Below, in pieces: positions 40,275 to 51,395 of a DNA stretch of 64,000 nucleotides; position 1 is the stretch's first letter, and each line of letters starts with the position of its first letter. The stretch is from Octopus sinensis (taxonomy: Eukaryota), in assembly GCF_006345805.1 (NCBI RefSeq), contig NC_043004.1, positions 42,284,001 to 42,348,000 of the forward strand, in the 5' to 3' direction. The position numbers and the translations under genes were made by a program. The notes below the pieces were generated by a model. The model was given only the letters and a program-made list of their open reading frames with translations, did not search any database and was not told the origin of the DNA.

Positions 40275-41785
40275 ATCCTGATGTCTTATCTTGTCTTAAA
40301 AACCATCTAACAGATCTTGATTAAGAACAAGGATAACGTTACACCAATGAAGTACAGACAACTAACTCAACACTACAATAAACTACCACATATGTACGGT
40401 CTCCCTAAGATTAACAAGGATGGTATTCCATTAAGATCTATAGTGAGCTGTGGAGGTACAGCATGTTGTCCACCGACGCGCTTCCTTGTTGATACAATCA
40501 GTCCATTAGCAGGATAGTCAACATCGTGCGTGCAGAATTCCACCCACTTCGCAGAATTGATCAAGGATACCCCATTGAATCCAACAAGGTGTGTCTAGAT
40601 AAATCTGTTCACCAAAGTCGCAACTGGTGAAGCACTATCTGTGATTTAAGAAAAACTAGTGACAGACACCCATCAAAAAAAGAACGCACTAGTATATCAA
40701 TAACGAACTTGATGGAAAAGTTGACATTCTGTTTAGAAACTACCTACTTCAGTATGAACATTGATATATATTGACAAGAAGAGGGTTTAGCTATGGGCTC
40801 GACATTATCACCGATAATAGCCAATATATACATGGAATACTTTGAGAATTTGTCTTTAGGATCAACACTACTAAAACCAATCCTATGACTGCGATATGCT
40901 GATGGCACCTATACCCACCAGGAAGATGTCCAAGTGCTGTTAGATCATGTGAACTCAATACAGCCATCCATACAGTTCACAATGGAAAAGGAAAAAGACA
41001 ATCAGCAAGCATTCCTGGACATATTAATAGCACGCACCAAGAATGGATTCAGGACATCCGTATACTGCAAGCCGATCTTCACTGGGCGATACCTTAACTT
41101 TAATTCCCACCATCCATATAGTGTAAAGAGAGGGATTGCTCAGTGCCTAAAACATCGAGCAATGAATATAAGTAGCGATCGTGATACCCACCACAAAGAA
41201 ATGATGAAGCTCAGTAACAAGCTTTGTTGTTTGTTCCTTCTCGAGCCATGCCTGGCTCATTAGAGTCGGTTTCCTGGTTTCTTGGCGTATAGGTTCCCCA
41301 CCTGGATGGGACGCCGGTCCATCGCAGGTGAGCTGCAAGATGCAGGAGGAAAGAGTGAGAGAAAGTTGTGGCGAAAGAATCAGCAGAAGTTTTGCCATTA
41401 CCTTCTGCCGGAGCTGCCTGGAGCTTAGGTGTTTCGCTCATAAACACACACATCGCCCGGTCTGAGATTCGAACCCGCGATCCCTCGACCGTGAGTCCGC
41501 AGCTCTAACCACTAGGCCATGTGCCTCCACAGTAACAATCTATTAAGCAACAACTAACCCGAAAGTATACTATCCACTCCAATTATGAAGAAAAGAATGG
41601 ATGAAATCCGCAATCTGTCTACCCTATGTGAAAGGCCTCTCCGAAAAGATGCAAAAGATATGCGGGTCATAAGACATCAGGACAGTATTCAAGAGTAATA
41701 CTACACTTCGCAAATATTTCTTTCGAGAAAAACGCCAATAGAAGAGACTATGAGAAAAGAACTGCATGTATTCCATTCCAGCCGG
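40275..41785 (+). pseudogene. Penelope-like element reverse transcriptase pseudogene to the start of GIY-YIG
   Basis: PHMYGLPKINKDGIPLRSIVS; GLAMGSTLSPIIANIYMEYFE; LRYADGT; IQFTMEKEKDNQQAFLDILI; VYCKPIFTGRYLNFNSHHP; ICLPYVKGLSEK; interrupted by a SINE. Confidence 0.92.
41221..41530 (-). mobile_element. SINE family 2, full length, nested in the PLE
   Basis: Head gtggaggcacatggcctagtggttagag, B box ggttcgaatctc, V/Meta-like cctgcgatggaccggcgtcccatccagg; TSD agtaacaa at 41213-41220 and 41531-41538. Confidence 0.92.
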
Positions 41786-42370
41786 CAGGATCTTTAGAGG
41801 AAATGAATATTAGCGACGAAAGCAGTATAAATAATGAATAACAATTTTTATATCATAATTGACGTGGATAGGCTCCTGAGATATTTGCAATCAGAGAACC
41901 TCTAATAAAATAATAATATTCGTATTACAGCACTGGGAATACTTCCAGAGCCCCTGATGTCAGCACACATGAGCTTCATCAGTATCAGGCGTACACTCAT
42001 CACATGCCAGCCACTCGGTGCTAAAACTGCCTTCTTGCTAATATTAAACTTTTTACAAACCTGTGAGCTGTTCGCGACATTGTTAGCTGCATACTCACTG
42101 TGTTTCTATATATGGTTGGCAGAGTGATTTGGCAGGTAAGTTGTGAGAGGGAGCCGGCAATCAATGAAGCTCCTATACACAGAAATAACGTGATCTCGCA
42201 GTTCGACACACTTCCGCTCCTGCTAAGAACATGTCAGTGCATATTTTGTACTATATAGTTTTTATATGAGAGGATCTCTCCAAGTGAAGACCGCGGTAAA
42301 ACAGTATTCTAACAACACATCCACGTTAAGTAGAATACATACAGACACACACATATATAATTATTATTTA

Positions 42371-42403
<33 letters not shown>

Positions 42404-43833
42404 TGTATGTATGTATGTATGTATGTATTATGAATGTATGTATGTATGTATGTATATATGCATATTGGAACATGAATACGTGATTAGCTCATAACAATCA
42501 AATGTCTGCACTCCACATTAGCTCACTCGCTCTATCAAATTCATTTTGCCTGCAAGGTACACAGTGTGCCCCATATGACATATGCACACTCACCTCCTCC
42601 ACATACACTCATGTGCAAGGAAGCTTTATTCTTACATAAGTTATAATGCGAGCGTTTATTTTCAAACAATAAACGTTGGTTTGCTAATCGTGAGAATTCA
42701 TTTCTGCGATTTGATATGACAGTTCACTAGTTTTGTCACTTAAAATAAAAAAATAATAAGATATCTACAAGTTGTCCATGTGTAGCCGCAGGAAACAGTA
42801 TTCTTAACGAATTTATGTGGGTTATCGGAAATCCAAATTATGCAAATTAGCTTCCGTTGTTTTAATCCGTTTAATGAGAAAAGAAATACGAATGCGTAGA
42901 GCTGTAATGTGAACTACAGTTCCGTGCCATGTGACATCATGATGGATTTAACAGAAACTGAGCAGTTGGTTATGTGTAGCATTTTATCAGCCATATTAGA
43001 ACCTGGATTTATGATCTGTTGCTACCTTGCATTTTCCCTTGCAAAGTGCACCTAATACTGCGTTGTTATACAGCGCTTCCATATTGCAAGACTTTTGTTT
43101 GAGACTTGAAAGAGATTGTTGCTGCTATGTTTAGCAGCTGGAGAAGCTGCGAAGAGGCTCCATCTTTGTATGATATTTCTCCACGGTCTCACGCGTTCCA
43201 TTATATATTAGCAAAGAATATTTTCTTGTTTTTGATGTTGTTGAATCGGGATAGGTTGTGTCGATCATAAATCTGATTAAATGACTTAATCATGACTGTC
43301 CCATTGTTTTAGATGTAATATGAATCGACATTATGTCTGTCCTTCCACATTTTTCAAATGAATGATTTAGCTGATATCTCTAGAAGGTCTAGTAACCAGA
43401 AGGACATACCTGCTTACTCGTATAACAGAGAAATTTTAGTGCGAACTCTTTATATCGGCAGAGCCTCTTGATAATTCACCCTACGGAATATTATTCATGT
43501 GCATTCACTGGTAATATTATCCAAAACCAGAAAAAAGAGTACATAATATATACCCAAGGCTTTGATATGAAATTTGATTAATGGTTCTTATATATGTTTC
43601 TTAAAATTATTAGAACATTACATTTAATAATTATTTCTCAATCCGAAATACAGGATGATTTATTCGAGTACAACGTATCGCAAATTACTTTGGAAGGACA
43701 TAATTTGAAATCTGCGCTGAGAGAACAAAACTGTTCTATAGCTTGCAAAAGGAATTAATGGAACAGTCATTTTCAGTTCATTTTCAAATCTGAATCGGAT
43801 ATTCTGCAAACGTGTAATGCACCAATCATACAA

Positions 43834-44070
43834 TCCCTATTTCTTTACTACTCAGAAGGGGCTAAACACAGAGGGAACTAACAAGGACAGACAAACGGAT
43901 TAAGTCGATTGCATCGACCCCAGTGCGTAACTGGTACTTAATTTATCGATCCAGAAAGGATGAAAGGCAAAGTCGACCTCGGCGGAATTTGAACTCAGAA
44001 CGTAACGGCAGATGAAATACGGCTACGCATTTCGTCCGGCGTGCTAACGTTTCTGCCAGCTCGCCGCCTT
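43834..44070 (-). mobile_element. SINE family 4, monomer
   Basis: Matches 14990-15226; TSD tcatacaa at 43826-43833 and 44071-44078. Confidence 0.9.
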
Positions 44071-44858
44071 TCATACAACAATATAATAAATATTTAGCGT
44101 AAAACAAATATAATTATTAATTCGAATAGGACATCATAAATATGTCCTATCTCATGCAAGATAAAACTACACTGATTTTCCAATGAATAGGAATGCGTTA
44201 ATATCGTTGTTAAAAACCAGATATAATGATAGCTGACTTCTTCATTATTAATAAACTCAGAACTAAGAATCATGCTTGCGCAGCGCAATCCTTTGTAAAC
44301 TCTTCCGGACGTATTGAACTACTGATAGACTTCAGATATAATGTCTCATCAGAATATATTATCACGTATATATAATGATTTAACATACATATCGAAGTAA
44401 ATACTTCTACATCATTAAGATCTTCAGAAGTGATAATTATGTATGTTTCATCAAGTCAAGTTTAACATTTTCCCCTTAAGTCCATCTTTCGGTTCTTTAG
44501 TTTCCGTGTAAATTAACGGCTTCACGCTTCACATATTTTAAACCGCGCGGTCTCTTTTGATTTTATCTCTTCTTTACAGCTATTATCTCCTGTCTTTGGT
44601 TCATCTTCGTAGGAAGTATCTCTCTAAATATTTTAGAAGTCATTATAGAACATCAAAAACAATCACGAAGACACGAAATATCACCAAAAATAAAGTGTTT
44701 TGATGTGTTACCAAAACGATTGTGCTCACCATATATATATATATCTATAAATGAAAGTACAATACAAATATAAGTTTCACTGCCGCTGTCTCTGTCTGTC
44801 TCAGTCTGCCTGCTCGTCTGTCTCTCTGTCTCTGTCTCTGTCTCTGCATATATATATA

Positions 44859-44973
<115 letters not shown>

Positions 44974-45015
44974 TATATATTATATATATATATATATAGA
45001 TATATATATATATAT

Positions 45016-45047
<32 letters not shown>

Positions 45048-45059
45048 AATATAAATTTA

Positions 45060-45632
45060 TAAATAAGGATAAGATAGATATTCAAATATCGATCTTATCA
45101 AGTGGTCAGCATGGGAATAAAAACCTTTCAAAGGTAACAATTATTTAAAATTAAAATTTAGGGTATCTGAGAGATACCACCACGCTGAAAATAGCAGTCA
45201 AGACCTAACTCTAAAGCCACATTAAATGTTCCTATAACACTAGGAGAAAAGACAAAAACACAAAATGAACTAGCAAAATTTACTGGGTAATTCCAGTTCC
45301 TGGATTTCTGGCTTTTCATAGGAGATGCTCTGCCTTCGTCAATGGAATATACTTAGATAGTACATAAATACAAATATATATATATACAACATACGATATA
45401 CTTAGATATAGGAACATCTATAGACACACATATATATGCACGTATGTACACGACCAGTTTAAATTGCCCGCCTTAAAGCTCATCGTGCGATATGGTCAGA
45501 ATAAACACTGCAGTGAATATAATGACGCAATAAATATGTAAATTTAAAAATAAAGCTAAGAACAATATTTAAATATCGATCTTATCAAGGGCCAGCGTGG
45601 GAATAAAAGCCTTTCAAAGGTAATAATTATTG
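45060..45632 (-). mobile_element. PLE-like terminal relic with ~60-bp direct repeats and degenerate hammerhead (45291-45347)
   Basis: aaatatcgatcttatcaag...cctttcaaaggtaa.aattatt at 45084-45144 and 45571-45631; reverse complement ttcca-TTGACGA-aggc...gcca-GAAA-tccaggaac-tggaa. Confidence 0.5.
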
Positions 45633-45639
45633 ATATGGA

Positions 45640-46435
45640 TTTCCTGGTGCAGCCTGGGACGTTACAACTGTCTTGTCCAGGCTAATACTGAGTCCAATAT
45701 CTTTCAGGCAGCAGAGAGCAACTGATTTCTTCCGGCCTCTTCAGTCTCGTGTCTGCTCCGTGCATGACATCACGAGGGAAACAAAAAGTGTTGTGTATCT
45801 TTACTCATGTGGGACATGGACCATTTACAAATGTCATGTAAATGTCCTTGAAGGCTTTCATCAGAGATATCTGAGACAAATTCTGAATGTTGTCTGGACC
45901 TTAAAAACTCCAGACACACAGGTCCTGAAGAAAGCTGTTATCTTGACTACTGAGGCGATGGTGCACAATCACTGGTTACGTTGGACTGGAAACCTTCTTA
46001 GAATGACGGATAGCTGGATCCCTAAACAGCTGCTATATGGGGAACTTGCTACTGGAAAGAGACCTCGGAAGAAACCAAGGCTGCGATTTAAGGACTCAGT
46101 CTAATTAAAGTCTTGTGATATGCAAGTAACTGACTGGGAGAGCAATACCTATCATCGCCACAGATGGAGGAAGTAGGTTAAGGAAAGGATTAAAAGCACA
46201 TATTCTGCATGAAGAATTTAAGCGTGCCGTTCCAAAGCGCAGTTAGTGTAGTGAATGGGAAAAGCTTGGTTTGCAATGTTTTCAGCCGTGTATGCTTGTC
46301 AAGAGCAAAACTCATTAACCACCAACGGAGCCGCAAATGCAAAATATAAGTTAGTCCCAGAGCGCACAATGTTCCTAAACTTGAGCAATGGTCTTTGTCG
46401 GTCACGGGTGGACGGCCATCATCATGATCATCATC
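45640..46435 (+). pseudogene. RTE-clade LINE 3' fragment
   Basis: LYSCGTWTIY...LEGFHQRYLRQILNVVW...LRWTGNLLRMTDSWIPKQLLYGELATGKRPRKKPRLRFKD; ends in a (CAT)n tail. Confidence 0.9.
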
Positions 46436-46907
46436 TATATTTGTGTGTGTGTGTAAATGTATGTATCAATATACTAACATATAATCCTACATTCATAGGC
46501 ATTATTATACAGTTTATACTGCTCCTCAGCTCCTTCATTATAAATCAATTATATTATAATGAATCAGGCTGTGTTATTAAGGCCACGTCGTTTAATTAGA
46601 CTGGTTTCAAATACCTATATCCGAAAATTTTCACCAAAAATTTTAGAAAAATTTTCCCCAAAAATTTTTCAAAACCTTTCCCCTAAAAATTTTTTCGAAC
46701 GGTCTCCCCTAAAATTTTACCAAAAAATTTTTCGAAAATTTTCACCGAAAATTTTACCCGAAAAGTTTCCGAAAATTTTCCCGAAAATTTTTCGAAAATT
46801 TTCCCCAAGCTAAAAATAGATGTTATGGCTAAAAAGAGATTTTTTGTGGGCTGCTGCTGCTTTCTGAGTATATATAGAGTGAATTCTGGTTTACTACTAC
46901 AGTGAAG

Positions 46908-47020
46908 ATGCCTCACCAGCCACGATACACCAGATTCTGCATTACACTTAACAACTATGACGATATCGACGTTTATAGACTTCAGCATATGGAGCAATAT
47001 CCGTTATATGGGTTTTCGAA
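46908..47020 (+). pseudogene. CRESS-DNA/circovirus-like Rep N-terminal fragment, cassette 1
   Basis: MPHQPRYTRFCITLNNYDDIDVYRLQHMEQ then a 1-nt frameshift; tatatataga about 35 nt upstream of the ATG. Confidence 0.6.
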
Positions 47021-47782
47021 AATTATCACAAAAAATTTTTCAAAAATTTTCACCGAAAATTTTCCCCAAAAATTTTTCGAAAATTTTTTCCGAGCTGAAC
47101 ATAGATGTTATGGCTAAAAATAGATTTTTAGGTGGCTGCTGCTGCTTTCGCCGAAAATTTTCACCAAAAATTTTTCGAAAATTCTCACCGAAAATTTTAC
47201 CCAAAAATTTTAGAAAATTTTCACCTAAAATTTTACCCAAAAGTTTTTTCGAAAATTTTACCCAAAAATTTTTCGAAAATTTTCATCGAAAATTTTACCC
47301 AAAAATTTTTCGAAAATTTTCTCCGAATATATTACCCAAAAATTTTTTTAAAATTTTTACCTAAAATTTTACCCAAAAGTTTTTCTAAAATTTTCACCTA
47401 AAATTTTACCCAAAAATTTTTCGAAAATTTTCACCTAAAATTTTACCCAAAAATTTTTTCGAAAATTTTCATCGAAAATTTTCTCCGAATATATTACCCC
47501 AAAATTTTTTTTAAATTTTCACCTAAAATTTTACCCAAAAATTTTTCGAAAATTTTCACCTAAAATTTTACCTAAAAATTTTTCGAAAATTTTACCTAAA
47601 AATTTTTCGATAATTTTACCCAAAAATTTTCACCAACAATTTTTGGAAAATTTTCACCGAAAATTTTACCCAAAAATTTTTCGGAAATTTTCACCGAAAA
47701 TTTTCACCAAAAATTTACCCAAAAATTTTTCGAACATTTTCACCGGAAACTTTACCCAACAATTTTTGGAAAATTTTATCCA

Positions 47783-47900
47783 AAATCACAAAGTATGGAA
47801 GGCCAGCGGTGCCCAAATCCCAAAGTATGGAAAGCCAGTGGTGCCAAAATCACAAAGTATGGTACGCCAGCGGTGCCAATATCACAAAGTATGGAAAGCC
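47783..47900. repeat. 32-bp minisatellite, about 3.7 units (aaatcacaaagtatggaaagccagcggtgcca)
   Basis: Units start at 47783, 47815, 47847 and 47879. Confidence 0.92.
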
Positions 47901-48393
47901 ATACTTTTCGAAACTTTTCACGTAAAATTTTACCCAAAAGTTTTCACCAACAATTTTTGGAAATTTTTGTCGAAAATTTTACCCAAACATTTTTCGGAAA
48001 TTTTCACCGAGAATTTTAACCAAAAATTTTACCCAAAAATTTTTCGAATATTTTGACCGAAAATTTTACCCAAAGATTACGCGAAAATTTTAACCAAAAA
48101 TTTTGACCAACAATTTTCGAAAATATTTCGAAAATTTCACCGAAAATCTTCCCCAAAAGTTTTTGAAAAATTTTCACCGAAAATTTTAACCAAAAATTTT
48201 TCGAAAATTTTCACTGAAAATTTTACCCAAAAATTTTTCCTAAATTTTTCCCGAAAATTTTATCCAAAAATTTTTAGAAAATTTTCCGCGAGCTAAAAAT
48301 AGATGTTATGGCTAAAAATAGACTTATAGTTGGCTGCTGCTGCTGTTTTCTGTGTATACATAGAGTTAATTCTGGATAAATACTACAGTCAAG

Positions 48394-48504
48394 ATGCCTC
48401 ACCATCCACTATACACCAGATTATGCTTTACACTTAACAACTATGACGATATCGACGTCTATAGACTTCAGCATATGGAGCATATTCGTTATATGGGTTT
48501 TCGA
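48394..48504 (+). pseudogene. CRESS-like Rep N-terminal fragment, cassette 3
   Basis: MPHHPLYTRLCFTLNNYDDIDVYRLQHMEHIRYMGFR. Confidence 0.62.
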
Positions 48505-48702
48505 ATATTTCACCAAAAATTTTTCGAAAATTTTACCCAAAAATTTTTCAAAAATTTTCCCTGAAAATTTTTCCCAAAAATGTTTCGAAAATTTTCCCCT
48601 ACCTAAAAATAGAAGTTATGGCTAAAAAAAGATTTTTAGTTGACTGTGCTGCTGCTTTCTGTGTATATATAGAGTGAATTCTGGTTTACTACTACAGTGA
48701 AG

Positions 48703-48813
48703 ATGGCTCACCATCCACGATACACCAGATTCTGCTTTACACTTAACAGCTATGACGATATCGACGTTTATGGACTGCAGCATATGGAGCATATTCGTTA
48801 TATGGGTTTTCGA
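48703..48813 (+). pseudogene. CRESS-like Rep N-terminal fragment, cassette 4
   Basis: MAHHPRYTRFCFTLNSYDDIDVYGLQHMEHIRYMGFR. Confidence 0.62.
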
Positions 48814-49009
48814 AAATTTTCAGCGAAAATTTTACGCAAAAATTTCGCGAAAATTTTCCCCAAAAATTTTTCGAAAATTTTCCCCGAGCTAAAAATAGAT
48901 GTTTAGGGATAAAAATAGGTTTTTAGATGGCTGCTGCTTTCTGTGTATATATAGAGTGAATTCTTGTTTACTACTACAGTCAAGATGCCTCAATATCCAC
49001 GATACACCA

Positions 49010-49325
49010 CGATGGCTCAGTGGTTAGATCGTGAAGTTATGAGCTCGAATCCCGGACCGGGCTGTGTTTTGTGCTCTTGAGCAATACACTTTATTTCACG
49101 TTGCTCCAGTTAACTCAGCTGTAGAAATGAGTTGCGACGTCACGGGTGTCAAGCTGTATAGGATGCTGCCCTTCGCTTGGATAACACTGTTTGGTGTGGA
49201 GAGGGGATGCCGGTATGCACGGGCGACTGCTGGTCTTCCATAAACCACCTTGCCCAGACTTGTGACGAGGAGGGTAACTTCCTAGGTGCAATCCCATGGT
49301 CAGTGTCGTGACCGAAGGCGGTCCC
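49010..49325 (+). mobile_element. SINE family 3
   Basis: A box tggctcagtgg, B-box-like gagctcgaatccc, body cttgagcaatacactttatttcacgttgctccagttaactcagctgtagaaatgag; homologous to 26950-27223(-). Confidence 0.85.
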
Positions 49326-49998
49326 GATCTACTCCGTAATGTGATAAGTTTTAACATGTTTGTCATTGTAAAATATTTAGCGATCAAAGCAATACGCTTT
49401 TAGAACCATTACTAGATATTGCAAATGTTGTCTTCCTTTGACATAAAGCAGTGTATTCAATCTGCAGGGTGTACTACTGCGGAATGTGCATGCATTTCTT
49501 ATGCCATTATGGATGCAGTAGAATCGAAAGAACTACTACGATGTAACATTGTGATAAAATTCATAGAGTTGTCATTAAATTGAATCTTTCTTGGACATAC
49601 TAATTTTGTAGTGCCATTACCCAATTCCATGCTCTATTCAATTCTTAGAACCAATATAAAATAAATTCCTTCATTCAGACTCCTTCATAGTTATGTATTA
49701 GGTAGACCTTAGAGAAACAATGAAATTTCACTGGAATGTGCCAATTTACAAGTAGTTCAACAGCTTAATCATGATAGGCATATCTCTGTTATATTAAATC
49801 ATTTGTTCATGTGGAGTAGGTCAGCGTACGACAAATTTACTGGAAATACTAGAGAATTCTTAAGTAAAGACGAACCAAAGATCCTGAAGCCAAAAGACTG
49901 AAGCACGTTTCTTCGAAATAATGCGATTATAAATATAACAGAAGTATTTCTAGATTTCTCTAATTATCTATGTGTCTGTCTAGGTCTGTGTCTAATTC

Positions 49999-50220
<222 letters not shown>

Positions 50221-51179
50221 AATATGTCACAAATATATAAACGATGAATGAGAAAGACAAGCGAAACAAAAAGAAAATAAGAAAGATGAAATATACGTAT
50301 CATGCACACAGATACACACAAACACATACACAAACACACACACGTAGACATATACACGCATAGACACACATAAACGCACACATACACACACATACACATA
50401 CACACACACTCACACAAACATATATATGTGTGTGTATATGTATATGTATATGAGCATACATATACACAAATACGAATATACATTCATACAAATGTATAAG
50501 ATCACATTTATAGAATTTGCAATAACTTGTACTTGCAACAATATATCATACTATTTTTCTTATACTACTGTGTAACATATTTATCTATATCCAAGATTCT
50601 GTGGCCCAAAGGAATACATATTTCACACAGATATCAAGATAATGGACACATCATATTTTTAAATTCTGTCACATTTTTCTCGATGCTAGAATAAACTGAC
50701 AGGTGACATTGATGCTAAATATATAACTCGTTTGCCCGAGGTAGAAAATAGAGATGGCAGAGCAATATATTGTATATAGAAGATTTATTTATTTAAAGAA
50801 AACAATTATGGAATTCATTAGCTAAAATATAAATGCTTGAAACCGAAAGAGATATTTGGTTTTAATTTAGGTCAGTATCTTGAAAGAATGTGATAATGTT
50901 GTAAACACCGAGACAACGGCGGTTAATTTGTTATGCAATATTTTAGAAGGATAATAATTTTCACGGTCAAAGAACAAGAGTGCCAGTCAAAAGCTGGAAA
51001 CGATTGCGGTAGACTACATCCAAACTAGAAAATTAATTGAGATCGGGCGATTATGCAGAAGCACTAGATACCATGTTTTTTGTTTGTTTGTTTCGGAAAA
51101 AGAAACAGAGAGTAGTGAATGGCAGAATAGTAAAGTATCTACTGAAGCGATTTGTATTATTTTAGATTCCTCAATAGCT

Positions 51180-51395
51180 ACGAGGTTGCAGAATCGTTAA
51201 TACATTGAAATAATGCATACCGGGATTTCCTTCACTTCTTTACATCCAAAGTTCAAATCCCACCGATGTCGACTTAGCATTCCATCCTTTCGGGTTTGAT
51301 AGATAAATTAAGTACCAACTGAGCGCTGGTGTCTATGTAATCATCTGATCCACTTCCCATCAAAAATTTGCTAGGTTTGTGCTAAAAGTAAAAAA
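51180..51395 (+). mobile_element. SINE family 4, old diverged copy
   Basis: gcagaatcgttaa...agttcaaatcccaccgatgtcgacttagcattccatcctttcggg...gataaattaagtacca. Confidence 0.7.

Larger units (their letters stand above)
46620..49010 (+). repeat. Composite tandem array: palindromic GAAAATTTTC/CAAAAATTTTT minisatellite interleaved with ~200-bp Rep-like cassettes
   Basis: Cassettes at about 46808-47020, 47092-47150 (partial), 48290-48505, 48600-48815 and 48886-49010 (truncated by a SINE). Confidence 0.92.

Noticed and set aside
41455-41530. Functional tRNA gene
   Set aside because: tRNA-like head continues into a SINE body, is flanked by a TSD and is multi-copy
47783-47900. CRISPR-like array
   Set aside because: 32-bp units are contiguous with no unique spacers, no cas genes, eukaryotic context
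46559-48056. KIFRKFSPK-rich ORFs as a repetitive basic protein
   Set aside because: Open in several frames and on both strands because the minisatellite has few stop codons; only the FTLNNY cassette has protein-like signal
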